This document shows, in pieces, positions 1 through 9,666 of a DNA stretch of 64,000 nt (within the stretch, counting starts at the first letter, position 1; the number at the start of each line of letters is the position of its first letter). This DNA comes from an uncultured delta proteobacterium (lineage in GTDB: Bacteria; Desulfobacterota; Binatia; Binatales; Binataceae). The stretch covers positions 1,824,001-1,888,000 of the forward strand of contig CAWEEQ010000004.1 in the NCBI GenBank assembly GCA_963808235.1, in the 5' to 3' direction. Under the pieces are notes generated by a model that saw only the letters and a program-made list of their open reading frames with translations, was not told the origin of the DNA and did no database searches. Made by a program: the position numbers and the translations under genes.

Positions 1-728
1 AGTCCTTTCAAGCGGTGCTGCTCGACTGCCGGATGCCTGCGATGGACGGAATCGAGGTGGCCGGTCAAATTCGTCATCGCGAGCTGACTCCGCGCGACCA
101 TCCGATCATAATGATGCTTACTTCTGACGATCTCGACGCAACCAAGGCGCGCGCTCGCGCGGTGGGCGTCGAGGTCTACATGATCAAGCCCATAAAGCGC
201 GCCAATTTGTTCGAGGCGCTAAGCCGCGCACTTGGCGCCGCGGGGGCAACACCAACAGGTGCTTCACCCGCGGACCGGGCTGGCGCCGAGTCGACTGCCG
301 GAAACAACGTCTTCGACGAAATGCGCCCACTGAAGATTCTGCTCGCCGACGATTCCCGCGACAACCGTTTGCTCGTGCAGGCCTACTTCAAGAAGACGCC
401 ATACGTTCTGGATGAGGTCGAAGACGGCGCCGCCGCAGTCGCGAAATTCAGAGACGGCGGCTACGACCTGATGCTGATGGACATCGAGATGCCGATCATG
501 GACGGCTATTCGGCGACCCGTGCGATTCGCGCGATCGAAAAGGAAACCGGACGTCGCCGTATGCCAATCATCGCGCTGACCGCTTCGGTCCTGGAGGGCG
601 CGCTGAAGAAGGCTCACGACGCTGGATGCGATGCGCACGTCGCCAAGCCGGTCAAGAAAGTCACCCTTCTGGCCGCGATTCAAAAAGCGGTGCGCGACGC
701 CGTGATCGACTGCACCACGCCGGATTGA
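1..728 (+). CDS. C-terminal part of a hybrid sensor kinase/response regulator (two receiver domains), 5' truncated by window
   Basis: Two REC motifs (LLDCRMPAMDG...KP; ILLADD...LMDIEMPIMDG...KP). Confidence 0.85.
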   Translation, partial: SFQAVLLDCRMPAMDGIEVAGQIRHRELTPRDHPIIMMLTSDDLDATKARARAVGVEVYMIKPIKRANLFEALSRALGAAGATPTGASPADRAGAESTAGNNVFDEMRPLKILLADDSRDNRLLVQAYFKKTPYVLDEVEDGAAAVAKFRDGGYDLMLMDIEMPIMDGYSATRAIRAIEKETGRRRMPIIALTASVLEGALKKAHDAGCDAHVAKPVKKVTLLAAIQKAVRDAVIDCTTPD

Positions 729-758
729 TCAACAAAAATCTGATTTCGGCTACAATCT

Positions 759-1532
759 ATGGCGCGTCGTCCCGCTCAAGTATCTGCTCTGCTCCATAAT
801 CTGGCGGCCCGACTACCGGTCCTACTGGGTAGGAACCTGGTCGGCATCTACCTGTACGGATCACTCACACAGAACGCGTTCGACACTGGGCGAAGTGACA
901 TTGACTGTATCGTTGTGACGAAGCGCGCGTTGCGCGACGCGCAGTTGAGGAAACTCCGCACGTGGCTGACCCTTAGCGCCAAATCGAGGCCATGGACAGC
1001 GCGCTTGCAGATGTCGTTTCTGATTCGCGACAAAGTCCTCACCAAAAATTCCAAGGCGTGCCTTTTCCAATTCGGGCGGTTAAAACGCAGCGTCTCGGAC
1101 GCCAACCCGATCATATGGATTAACGTTCTGAAGAGCGGCGAAATCCTCTACGGTCCAGGGCCCGACTCATTCGTTCCGACGATAACGCCCGAGATTCTGT
1201 GCGCGGCATTGAAGCGTGAAGTTGGTTATATCCGCGAGGAAATCGAGAAGCCACGTAGCAAATGGAGAGACGTCGCCTTCTATCGCGCGTATGCGGTCCT
1301 GACCCTGTGCAGGATTCTCTATTCCTTCAGCAATGGAACCGTGGTCTCGAAGCCGCAGGCCGCAAAGTGGGCGATTCGACATCTGCCGCATGAGTGGCGC
1401 GAACTCATCCTTCAAGCGCTGGATAGCGACGCCGGCAAACGGCGCGCACCCATATCCGTCCGTCGCATCGCGCAGTTCGTCGATTTCACCGCCGCACAAT
1501 TCAGTGCGAGGGTCGCGAAGTCGCGTAGGTGA
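759..1532 (+). CDS. Nucleotidyltransferase, aminoglycoside adenylyltransferase-like (NTase + DUF4111-like C-terminus)
   Basis: GIYLYGS...SDID motif; C-terminal YAVLTLCRILY...SKPQAAKWA resembles AadA/DUF4111 proteins. Confidence 0.75.
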   Translation: MARRPAQVSALLHNLAARLPVLLGRNLVGIYLYGSLTQNAFDTGRSDIDCIVVTKRALRDAQLRKLRTWLTLSAKSRPWTARLQMSFLIRDKVLTKNSKACLFQFGRLKRSVSDANPIIWINVLKSGEILYGPGPDSFVPTITPEILCAALKREVGYIREEIEKPRSKWRDVAFYRAYAVLTLCRILYSFSNGTVVSKPQAAKWAIRHLPHEWRELILQALDSDAGKRRAPISVRRIAQFVDFTAAQFSARVAKSRR

Positions 1533-1829
1533 CCTTCGCGATCGAAATTGCGCAGTTGTCGCTGATTGTTGATTCTATCGTTCCTCAGGCGCTTCACAGC
1601 CTCAAGTAGTAGTGAATGTGCTCTCGCCCGACAACTGGTTCGAAACTCCCAGTGGCTCTATTAAGAGGTTCTCTTCTCGACTCTAGATCGCGAAGACTTT
1701 CCGTGTCGATCGCCAGGCTCCCGGCCCGAACTGGACCGTGCGAGCTCGTTGGCCAGCAACGTTAGTCATACCTCGGAGAGCTTTGCTACAATCGACTCAA
1801 AATCCGATTTCCAGGGAGGCAATGGTTTT

Positions 1830-2771
1830 ATGGGTGACGCCAACGGCCTTCGCCATACAAAGATACCGCTCAATAACGGCTCCGATGAGATTCCGGCGCT
1901 CGGGTTTGGGACGCTGATTCCTGATCCGATCGCAACAAAAGAGGCCGTCAGGATCTCTCTGGAGGCGGGCTTTCGTCAATTCGATTGCGCCGAACGCTAC
2001 CGAAATGAAGAACACGTGGGCGAAGCAATGCGAGCGGTGTTCAAGGAGGGCACGGTCAGGCGGAATGACGTTTTTATCGGTACGAAACTCTGGAACAACA
2101 ATCATCGTCCCGAACGCGTTAAGCCCGCCTTCGAGGCAAGTCTGAAAAGACTGCAACTGGACTACGTCAATCTATACAGCATCCATACTCCGTTCGCTTT
2201 CAAACCCGGCGACGAGCAAGACCCGAGAGACAAGAACGGTAATGTTATTTATGACGATGCGGTGACTCTGACGAATACCTGGAAGGCTTTGGAGAACTTG
2301 GTGGACGAAGGTCGGTGCAAGGCGATCGGATTGTCGAACGTCAATTTAGGACAGCTGAAAGAGGTGTTCGATATCGCTCGCGTAAAGCCGGCAGCTGTTC
2401 AGGTTGAATCCCATCCATATCTCCCTGAATGGGAGCTACTCGACTATTGCAAGAGGAATGGCATCGTGATGCAGGCCTTCGCTGCTTTGGGTCATGGTAT
2501 TGAACCCAAGTTGATCGACAATCCCGTGATCACCGTCATTGCGAAGCGCGTCAACAAAACCCCCGCTCAAGTCCTGCTGGCATGGGCGCTGCAGCGCGGC
2601 ACGGCTCCTCTCACCACAGCTACAAGCAGCCGCTACATCGAGGAAAATTTTGATGTCTCGGCTCTTCCCGATGATGCGATCAAGGAAATTAGTGAAGGGA
2701 TCAGTACACGAGTCAGGCTCAATCCGGTCGTGGACACGGGCATCCCGGGGTTCATTCCAAAGGGAAGATGA
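1830..2771 (+). CDS. Aldo/keto reductase
   Basis: IPALGFGT, FDCAERY, TKLW, IGLSN, QVESHPY motifs; GGAGG RBS before ATG 1830. Confidence 0.92.
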   Translation: MGDANGLRHTKIPLNNGSDEIPALGFGTLIPDPIATKEAVRISLEAGFRQFDCAERYRNEEHVGEAMRAVFKEGTVRRNDVFIGTKLWNNNHRPERVKPAFEASLKRLQLDYVNLYSIHTPFAFKPGDEQDPRDKNGNVIYDDAVTLTNTWKALENLVDEGRCKAIGLSNVNLGQLKEVFDIARVKPAAVQVESHPYLPEWELLDYCKRNGIVMQAFAALGHGIEPKLIDNPVITVIAKRVNKTPAQVLLAWALQRGTAPLTTATSSRYIEENFDVSALPDDAIKEISEGISTRVRLNPVVDTGIPGFIPKGR

Positions 2772-3021
2772 ACGCTCAAGCCGGAATTTCCCGCTGAGCT
2801 GACAGGCATTGGCGCGCTCCTCCATTGGTTCACAACTGCGAACAGTGCACGATGTTGTGCGGCACCCTCTCTGTCCGGCTTGCCCCCGGCACTAACCGTC
2901 GAGTAACACGCGTCGCTAGGGGGCGCATATGCGGGATCAGGCTCTTGCTCCTGAACACATCCCCCCCTTTCGAGATGCTCCACATCGTCGATCTGCATCG
3001 CAACTAATCTGGGAGAAATCG

Positions 3022-3096
<75 letters not shown>

Positions 3097-3176
3097 TCTG
3101 GACCGGAGTTTAGAAGCCCACCTCAAGACTGTCAAATCAGTGCGAAAGTTCATAAGCTTGCCCGCACTCGTTCGCG

Positions 3177-3782
3177 ATGACGCAAGCGCTGAAACTCTCG
3201 CGCGACTTCTACGCTCGGCCCGTGCTCGTCGTCGCGCGCGAGTGCATCGGCAAAGTCCTCGTCCATCGCACCGCCGACGGCGTGGCCGCCGGCCGTATCG
3301 TCGAGGCCGAAGCCTACCGCGGTCCGCGCGATCTTGCCGCTCACAGCGCGCGCGGCCTCACTAAGCGCACCGCCGCGATGTATGGTCCGCCCGGGCACGC
3401 GTACGTTTATCTACTGTACGGGATCAGCTGGGCGATGAATCTCGTCACCACTTCTGAGGGCGAGCCACATGCCGTGCTGATCCGAGCGATCGAACCGCTG
3501 CGGGGAATCGACTTGATGTCGCAACGGCGCCGCAGACCTGCCGGCTCTCGCGAACTGACTAATGGCCCCGGCAAACTTACCCAGGCACTGGCTATCACCG
3601 GGTCTGACTATGGAAGGGATCTATGCGATAGTCGGCTCTACCTCGAGACTAGCGCACTACCGCTCGGACGCATCGGCCGCTCGACGCGAATAAATGTCGA
3701 TTACGCCGGTCACTGGGCATCGAAGCGATGGCGATTCTTCGAACGTGGCAATAGGTACATCTCCGTGGCGCCGCGCAACTAG
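3177..3782 (+). CDS. mpg: DNA-3-methyladenine glycosylase (MPG family)
   Basis: GRIVEAEAY, PGHAYVYLLYG, AVLIRAIEP, NGPGKL motifs. Confidence 0.93.
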   Translation: MTQALKLSRDFYARPVLVVARECIGKVLVHRTADGVAAGRIVEAEAYRGPRDLAAHSARGLTKRTAAMYGPPGHAYVYLLYGISWAMNLVTTSEGEPHAVLIRAIEPLRGIDLMSQRRRRPAGSRELTNGPGKLTQALAITGSDYGRDLCDSRLYLETSALPLGRIGRSTRINVDYAGHWASKRWRFFERGNRYISVAPRN

Positions 3783-5242
3783 CTATTTGGCGGGTTGTGA
3801 TTCGGCGGCTGCGATCGCCACATTACGAGTATATTTTTAACCGCAGCGGCTTCCGGATATTGTTGTTTCAATTCCGCGATCCGTGACGCCGCAACCGTCG
3901 GCGACGCCACTACCACGGCAATATCCACGCGGTCCGCCTCATGCGAAGGAACCTGAACAACGTGCACAGAATCACGCTGCGACGCTCCAATATAATAGCT
4001 AACCAGGTAGTAAGCGTGACTGGCGCCGATGCGGCGCTCGGGACCGTCGTGAGCCAGCGCCAGTTCGCACGCACGACGCCATCGATCGTCGCCCGGCCTG
4101 AAGTCCGATGAGACTCGAAGTATAGAAAGAGTGACTATCGCAATTAACGCAAGTGCTCGAACGTTCTCGGAAGAAAACGATTGAATACCTATTGCAGTGA
4201 GTATAAAGACCGGGACGAAAGAGGAAATCAAATATCGCGTCACAAGCATCGGAGCAAACAGGTATGAACCCGCGAACAGCGCGATTGGGGGTAGCGTCAT
4301 CCAGGCAAGGGTCAGGATGGCTTCATCGCGATTCGTTCGCCACATGCGTACGCCGCCCAGAATCGCGAACAACACGAACAATGGAAACGGCCAACTGCCG
4401 AGCCCGCTCTCGAACGTCGAGAGCGGTTCCCATCGGCCCGGAGGTGCGATCCAGTTGAAATCCCCGCGCTCGACGCCGACCGCTCCATTCTCGAAGCCCC
4501 GCGCAAACGGCAACAGCAACACACCCGCGACGAATATCGCCGCGACCAATCGCCATATCGTCCCGCGCCGTTCCTGCAGACCAATCCGCTGGTCGCGCAC
4601 GAAAAGATAAATCAGCCAGAGAGTCTCCGACCCGAGCACCAGCAACGCGGTAAAGTTGGTGGCGACGGCGAGCGCGGTAAAGATCGAAACTCCCGCGTAG
4701 TTGGCGAGTCCGCCGAGTCGCCGCGCGCGAAGGATGAAGATGACTTGCGCCAGTATCCACGCTTGCGTCATCGAATACATTCGCGCCTGGCGCGCTATTT
4801 CGACCGCCGGAAGTCCGACTGCGAACAGCAGCGCCGATATCGCTGCGATAACGTAGATTCTGCCTTGCTGACGATCCTCGGCTTCGGTGGCCGACACCGC
4901 CGAGAGGATTTCCGCCGCCAGGATGAACACCAGCACGATCGAGAGTGCCCCGATCAGCGCCGACATCGATCTCATCGCGGCTTCGCTCTCACCGAAGAGC
5001 CGCATCCATCCGCGCAGTGCGAGTTCGTGAACCGCCAGTTTTCCCGAATCAATTTGATGCTGAATATGCAGCAGGTCACTGATGCTTGGTGCGGCGGCCG
5101 CATACCATGATAACGATTCGTCGATTGATAGCTCGCGCGAGCCGAGCCGAAAAAATCGCAGGAACGAACCAATTATGAGCGCGAAGCAAAATAATATCGT
5201 GGGCCAGCTCTGCCAGCCGCCAGGCGGGAAGTTGCGTCTCAT
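3779..5242 (-). CDS. GT-C fold membrane glycosyltransferase (family 39/ArnT-PMT-like)
   Basis: Multi-TM protein; SIDE motif after TM1, GESEAAMRS, QARMYS motifs. Confidence 0.75.
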   Translation of the reverse strand: MRRNFPPGGWQSWPTILFCFALIIGSFLRFFRLGSRELSIDESLSWYAAAAPSISDLLHIQHQIDSGKLAVHELALRGWMRLFGESEAAMRSMSALIGALSIVLVFILAAEILSAVSATEAEDRQQGRIYVIAAISALLFAVGLPAVEIARQARMYSMTQAWILAQVIFILRARRLGGLANYAGVSIFTALAVATNFTALLVLGSETLWLIYLFVRDQRIGLQERRGTIWRLVAAIFVAGVLLLPFARGFENGAVGVERGDFNWIAPPGRWEPLSTFESGLGSWPFPLFVLFAILGGVRMWRTNRDEAILTLAWMTLPPIALFAGSYLFAPMLVTRYLISSFVPVFILTAIGIQSFSSENVRALALIAIVTLSILRVSSDFRPGDDRWRRACELALAHDGPERRIGASHAYYLVSYYIGASQRDSVHVVQVPSHEADRVDIAVVVASPTVAASRIAELKQQYPEAAAVKNILVMWRSQPPNHNPPNS

Positions 5243-5312
5243 TTTTCTGCGCGATTGATATTCAAAATTCGAGAAATTGCGTCGGACCCGTGTTTCGCGG
5301 TCTACTACCGCG

Positions 5313-6137
5313 ATGCCGCCGCTCGCGCGAAGCCGTTCCCCGCTCGCAATCATAACCGACTTCGGCTATCGCGACCATTATGTAGGCGCGATGAAGGGCG
5401 TGATCGCGTCGATTGCCCCCGACACTCCGGTGATCGATATCACGCACGGTATCCCGGCCCAGTCGATCGTCGCCGGCGCGATCGTTCTGCGCGAGTGTTG
5501 GCGCTATTTCCCCCCGCGCACGACCTTCCTCGTCGTCGTCGATCCCGGAGTCGGCACCGCACGCGCCCCGATAGCCGTCGAGACTCGCGCCGGCGCCCGC
5601 CTGGTCGGACCCGACAACGGCGTTCTCTGGCTGGCCGCATCCGAGGCGGGTATTAAGCGAATCGTGAAACTGACTTCGACGCGCCATCGTCTAACCAACG
5701 TGAGTGCTACCTTCCATGGCCGCGACATCTTTGCGCCGGCCGCCGCGCATCTCGCGCGCGGCACGCCCATCGCATCGCTTGGCCCTTCGCTTCGATCGAT
5801 TGAGCAGCTCGAGCTGCCGCAGCCCGTGCAGACGCCGCAGGAGCTTCGCGGCGAAGTAATTTATGTGGACGGCTTCGGCAACCTGGTAACCAACATTGAT
5901 CGCGGCCGGGCCGATCAGCTTCATGCTTGCTTTCGTGACCAATCGCTTTCGGTTAGGATCAAGCGTGGCGCCGCGCCGATTCGCATCGTTGATACCTACG
6001 CCGCTGTGCCCAAAGGTGCTCCTCTCGCAACTTTCGGTAGCTTTGGCCTGCTCGAAATCGCGATCCGCGATGGAAACGCCGCGACGCACTTCAGCTCAGG
6101 ACCCGGCTCATCGATATCGGTAGTCGGGCGAAGATGA
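5313..6137 (+). CDS. SAM hydroxide adenosyltransferase (DUF62, chlorinase/fluorinase superfamily)
   Basis: TDFG, VVDPGVGT.R, GPDNG, TFHGRDIFAP, D.FGNL motifs. Confidence 0.9.
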   Translation: MPPLARSRSPLAIITDFGYRDHYVGAMKGVIASIAPDTPVIDITHGIPAQSIVAGAIVLRECWRYFPPRTTFLVVVDPGVGTARAPIAVETRAGARLVGPDNGVLWLAASEAGIKRIVKLTSTRHRLTNVSATFHGRDIFAPAAAHLARGTPIASLGPSLRSIEQLELPQPVQTPQELRGEVIYVDGFGNLVTNIDRGRADQLHACFRDQSLSVRIKRGAAPIRIVDTYAAVPKGAPLATFGSFGLLEIAIRDGNAATHFSSGPGSSISVVGRR

Positions 6138-7216
6138 TGGATGAAATCGCCGCACACAAGGATGCTCCCACTGTTCTGACCGACATTCCGCGCTATGCTG
6201 TCCGGCCGGCGCAAGCCGATTTGGCGCGCGAGCGTCCTCGAATTCCTGCGCTCAACGTCGCCCTCTTCCTGTTCACCTTGCTGACGACCACCACCGCCGG
6301 CGCGTACATAAACAATGAGGAGGTGTCGATCCTCCACCCGATCCTCGCCCTTACTGCATTGCGCTCGGGACTTTCTTTCTCGCTTCCATTGATGGCGATT
6401 TTACTCGCGCATGAGATGGGCCATTACCTGACTGCGCGCTACCACGGCGTGCCGACGTCGCTACCCTACTTCATTCCCGCGCCACCATTCTTCATCACCG
6501 GAACGTTTGGAGCTTTCATTCGATTGAAGGCCATGCCGCGCACGCGCCGCGTGATGTTCGACATCGGCGCTGCCGGCCCGTGGGCCGGTGTGATCGTCGC
6601 CATTCCCGCACTGATCGTCGGACTTTGGCTCTCGAACGTCACCCCGCTCGATAAGACCGTCGGCGGCATCGAATTCGGCAGCTCGCTCCTCTTCCTCGCC
6701 CTTACACATCTGGTGCTCGGCGTGGATCCGTCGACCGTCAACGTGAATCTGCATCCGATTGCTTTCGCGGGATGGATTGGTCTGCTGGTCACATCGCTCA
6801 ACCTTCTGCCGGTCGGCCAGCTCGACGGCGGACACGTGATTTACGCGCTGTTCCCGCGCCGTCATCGTGCGATCTCCACCCTGTTCGTCGTGTCCTGCGT
6901 GTTGATGGTAGTGGTACCGCTCGCGCTCGGCCGCGAGCTTTGGTGGGGATGGCTGCTGTGGGCGGTGCTGTCGATCGCGCTCGGATTGGGGCATCCATCC
7001 ACCGTCGATCGCGACACCCCGCTAAACCCGCGCCGCGCCGTCGCAGCCTGGTTGACGGTGCTGCTGTTCGTCGTCACGTTTAGTCCCGTGCCGCTCGCAA
7101 TCGTGCAGCCCGAACCGGCGATGCCACAGAGTCCTGCCGATCACACGCAGGAAATCATCCATCACGCGCCACACTATGACCGGATGTTTCGTCATCTACC
7201 CGGTGTTCGAATCTAG
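6134..7216 (+). CDS. Site-2 protease (M50) family protein
   Basis: HEMGH zinc motif and NLLPVGQLDGG; multiple TM helices. Confidence 0.92.
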   Translation: MMDEIAAHKDAPTVLTDIPRYAVRPAQADLARERPRIPALNVALFLFTLLTTTTAGAYINNEEVSILHPILALTALRSGLSFSLPLMAILLAHEMGHYLTARYHGVPTSLPYFIPAPPFFITGTFGAFIRLKAMPRTRRVMFDIGAAGPWAGVIVAIPALIVGLWLSNVTPLDKTVGGIEFGSSLLFLALTHLVLGVDPSTVNVNLHPIAFAGWIGLLVTSLNLLPVGQLDGGHVIYALFPRRHRAISTLFVVSCVLMVVVPLALGRELWWGWLLWAVLSIALGLGHPSTVDRDTPLNPRRAVAAWLTVLLFVVTFSPVPLAIVQPEPAMPQSPADHTQEIIHHAPHYDRMFRHLPGVRI

Positions 7217-7274
7217 CCGGCGCGAATCAGGTGCGGGAGATAGCAATGAGCGCGCGAATCAATCGAGGCCCGGC

Positions 7275-7754
7275 ATGAGCACCGGGCGTCCGAGCTGGCA
7301 TCAATACTTCATGACCATCACGCGCGAAGTCGCGGAGCGCTCGACCTGCCTGCGCGCGAAAGTCGGCGCAGTGATTGTCCGCGATCGCAGCATCCTCGCG
7401 ACCGGCTACAATGGTTCGCCGGCGGGATTGCCGCATTGCACCGAGGTCGGATGCCTCATCTACGAATCGCGCACACCCGACGGTGACGTCGAGCAAAACT
7501 GCTACCGCACCATCCACGCCGAGATAAACGCGATTTCGCAGGCCGCGCGCAACGGCGCGGCAATTCGCGACGCCGACATCTACGTCACTCACACCCCGTG
7601 CATCCACTGCCTCAAGGTGTTGATCAACACCGGCGTGCGCACCGTGTATTACGCCAAGGAGTACAAGCTGCACACGCTCGCCGAGATGCTCAAGCACGCG
7701 AGCATCAAGCTGGTGCCGGTGCCAACGGAAAATTCCACGGCGGGCGCGTCATGA
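7275..7754 (+). CDS. dCMP deaminase / ComEB-like
   Basis: RPSW..YF, TGYNG, HAEINAI, PCIHC motifs. Confidence 0.92.
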   Translation: MSTGRPSWHQYFMTITREVAERSTCLRAKVGAVIVRDRSILATGYNGSPAGLPHCTEVGCLIYESRTPDGDVEQNCYRTIHAEINAISQAARNGAAIRDADIYVTHTPCIHCLKVLINTGVRTVYYAKEYKLHTLAEMLKHASIKLVPVPTENSTAGAS

Positions 7755-8224
7755 CAACCGCTTGTCTCCTGTGCGAGATGATCGATCGGATCAATGCGGG
7801 CACCTTCCGCGATTTCGTCGCTGAGCTTGATGCGAGCTACGTGATCCTGGGCGATCAGCAGTTCTATCGCGGCTACTGCGTGCTGATTTCAAAGGCTCAC
7901 GTGACCGAACTCTACCTGATGCCCACACAAGCCGCTCGCACGCTGTTCGACGAGATGCGGCTATGTGCGGAAGCAATCGCCACGGTCGCGAAGCCGTGGA
8001 AAATGAATTACGAATGCCTCGGCAACTCGGTGCCGCATGTCCACTGGCATCTGCTGCCGCGCTTCGAGACTGAAAGTGACGAACTCCGGCGCGGGCCCAT
8101 CTGGCTCCGTCCCGAAGCCGAACGAAAGGTACCGCTTGACGAAAATGACCGCCGCGCGCTTATCGGATCGATCCGCCACGAGCTTGCCCTCCGCTTCCCC
8201 GATGCGCGCATCCCGGTCTCCTAG
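7751..8224 (+). CDS. HIT family hydrolase
   Basis: N-terminal CLLC and GNSVPHVHWH histidine triad; ATGA overlap with upstream gene. Confidence 0.88.
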   Translation: MTTACLLCEMIDRINAGTFRDFVAELDASYVILGDQQFYRGYCVLISKAHVTELYLMPTQAARTLFDEMRLCAEAIATVAKPWKMNYECLGNSVPHVHWHLLPRFETESDELRRGPIWLRPEAERKVPLDENDRRALIGSIRHELALRFPDARIPVS

Positions 8225-8528
8225 AAAATCAGCATCGACGCCGAAGGTCGCGAGCATCGCGCTCGGCGCTGCGTCGCTCTTCGTTCTGCTCGCCGGATGC
8301 AAACCTCAGTCGCTGCCTGAATCGAACAGTCCCGCCGCACAGCTCTACGCCAGTCGATGCGGCAATTGCCACGTGCCCTACAATCCGCATGAGATGACTG
8401 CGTCAATGTGGGAAACGCAGGTCCCAATGATGGAAGTGAAGATTCAAAACGCCGGGATGCCCCCGCTGACTTCGGAAGAGCGCGACGCAATCCTCGACTA
8501 CCTGAAGCGCAACGCCGGCACCGAGTAA
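8202..8528 (+). CDS. Small monohaem cytochrome c lipoprotein
   Basis: Signal peptide with LLAGC lipobox; CGNCH haem motif; start uncertain. Confidence 0.75.
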   Translation: MRASRSPRKSASTPKVASIALGAASLFVLLAGCKPQSLPESNSPAAQLYASRCGNCHVPYNPHEMTASMWETQVPMMEVKIQNAGMPPLTSEERDAILDYLKRNAGTE

Positions 8529-8552
8529 CTAGCAATTCTGTCTACGATTGTT

Positions 8553-8586
8553 CCCCTTCCCTCGAGGGAAGGGGTTAGGGGTTAGG
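8553..8586. repeat. Perfect 22-bp palindrome plus G-rich tail, REP-like element
   Basis: CCCCTTCCCTC-GAGGGAAGGGG followed by TTAGGGGTTAGG; intergenic; single copy in window. Confidence 0.6.
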
Positions 8587-8630
8587 TTTCTTCGCCTGAG
8601 TAAATGCTAAATCCAGCACCGAGTGATCGC

Positions 8631-9242
8631 ATGCCCGACGAACTCCTGACCATCAAGCTCTACTACGACTACAAGAGCCCGTTCGCATATCTCGCGATGG
8701 CGCCCGCTTACGCGCTGATGGAATCGCATCGCGTCCGCCTGCATTACATCCCGCATGAATTGAACGTCCGCGGCGCATTTGGCGGAGAAGTCGACGAGCG
8801 CCCGGAGCGCGAATGGCGCAAAGTGCGCTACCTCTACCTCGACGCGCGCCGCTACGCCAACGCACGCGGGATGATCATCCGCGGTCCGCAAAAAATCTTT
8901 GACTCGAAACTATCTCTGATGACAGGTCTGTGGGCCGACCAGCACGGCCTCTTCCGCCCTTACTCCGACCGCGTGTTCGAGCGCTTCTTCAAACGCGAAC
9001 TTGACATCGAGGATGGCGCTGCGCTCGCCGCGGTGATGAAGGAAGTCGGCCTCGACGCCGACGGGTTCGAACGCTTTGCGCATCACGACGGACCGCGCGA
9101 ACTTCAGGACGCGTTCGCGACCGGCGATCGCGACGGAGTTTTCGGCGTGCCTACTTTTATCGTCGATGGCGAACCGTTCTGGGGCAACGACCGCGTCGAG
9201 TGGGTCGTCAAGAAGCTCGACGCGATGGGACTGAAGCGCTGA
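8631..9242 (+). CDS. DsbA-family / 2-hydroxychromene-2-carboxylate isomerase-like protein
   Basis: YDYKSPFAY and GVFGVPTF...FWGNDR motifs. Confidence 0.88.
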   Translation: MPDELLTIKLYYDYKSPFAYLAMAPAYALMESHRVRLHYIPHELNVRGAFGGEVDERPEREWRKVRYLYLDARRYANARGMIIRGPQKIFDSKLSLMTGLWADQHGLFRPYSDRVFERFFKRELDIEDGAALAAVMKEVGLDADGFERFAHHDGPRELQDAFATGDRDGVFGVPTFIVDGEPFWGNDRVEWVVKKLDAMGLKR

Positions 9243-9254
9243 AGGAGTCCGACC

Positions 9255-9650
9255 ATGAAGCCGATTCCAGTTGGAACAAAAGGCACCGAAACAAAGACCG
9301 TCGCGGCCGTCGATCTCGCAAGCCATCTCGACTCGACGCTGGCAGCCGTGCTCTCCACGCCAACGATGATCTCGATGATGGAACACGCGGCGATCGACGC
9401 AATCCGCACCTACCTCGATCCGGGCGAGAGTTCGGTCGGCATGTCGATCGAAGTGAATCACACCGCGGCCACGCCGCCGGGACATCGCGTGCGCGCTGAG
9501 GCAGAACTGACCAAAATCGAGGGACGCCGACTCGAGTTTTCAGTGCGCGCCTTCGATGAAGTCGAGCAGATCGGCTCTGGGACGCATCGCCGCGCCGTAA
9601 TCGACTTCGCCAAATTCAACGATCGGATCAAAACCAAACAGAAGAGTTAG
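9255..9650 (+). CDS. Hot-dog thioesterase, FlK (fluoroacetyl-CoA thioesterase)-like
   Basis: VLSTP.MI..ME, SVG...V.H.AATP.G, G.G.H.R motifs. Confidence 0.85.
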   Translation: MKPIPVGTKGTETKTVAAVDLASHLDSTLAAVLSTPTMISMMEHAAIDAIRTYLDPGESSVGMSIEVNHTAATPPGHRVRAEAELTKIEGRRLEFSVRAFDEVEQIGSGTHRRAVIDFAKFNDRIKTKQKS

Positions 9651-9666
9651 CGCGCGGTATTCGACT

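Noticed and set aside
1634-1660. tRNA 3'-fragment or att remnant (CTGGTTCGAAACTCCCAG)
   Set aside because: Loop geometry is wrong and it does not match the nearby tRNA-Gly
5313-9650. Fluorometabolite pathway (fluorinase-like gene near an FlK-like thioesterase)
   Set aside because: The DUF62 protein has the Asp/Arg/His hydrolase signature (VVDPGVGT.R, FHGRD) and lacks the fluorinase insertion loop; both families are widespread and unrelated genes lie between them
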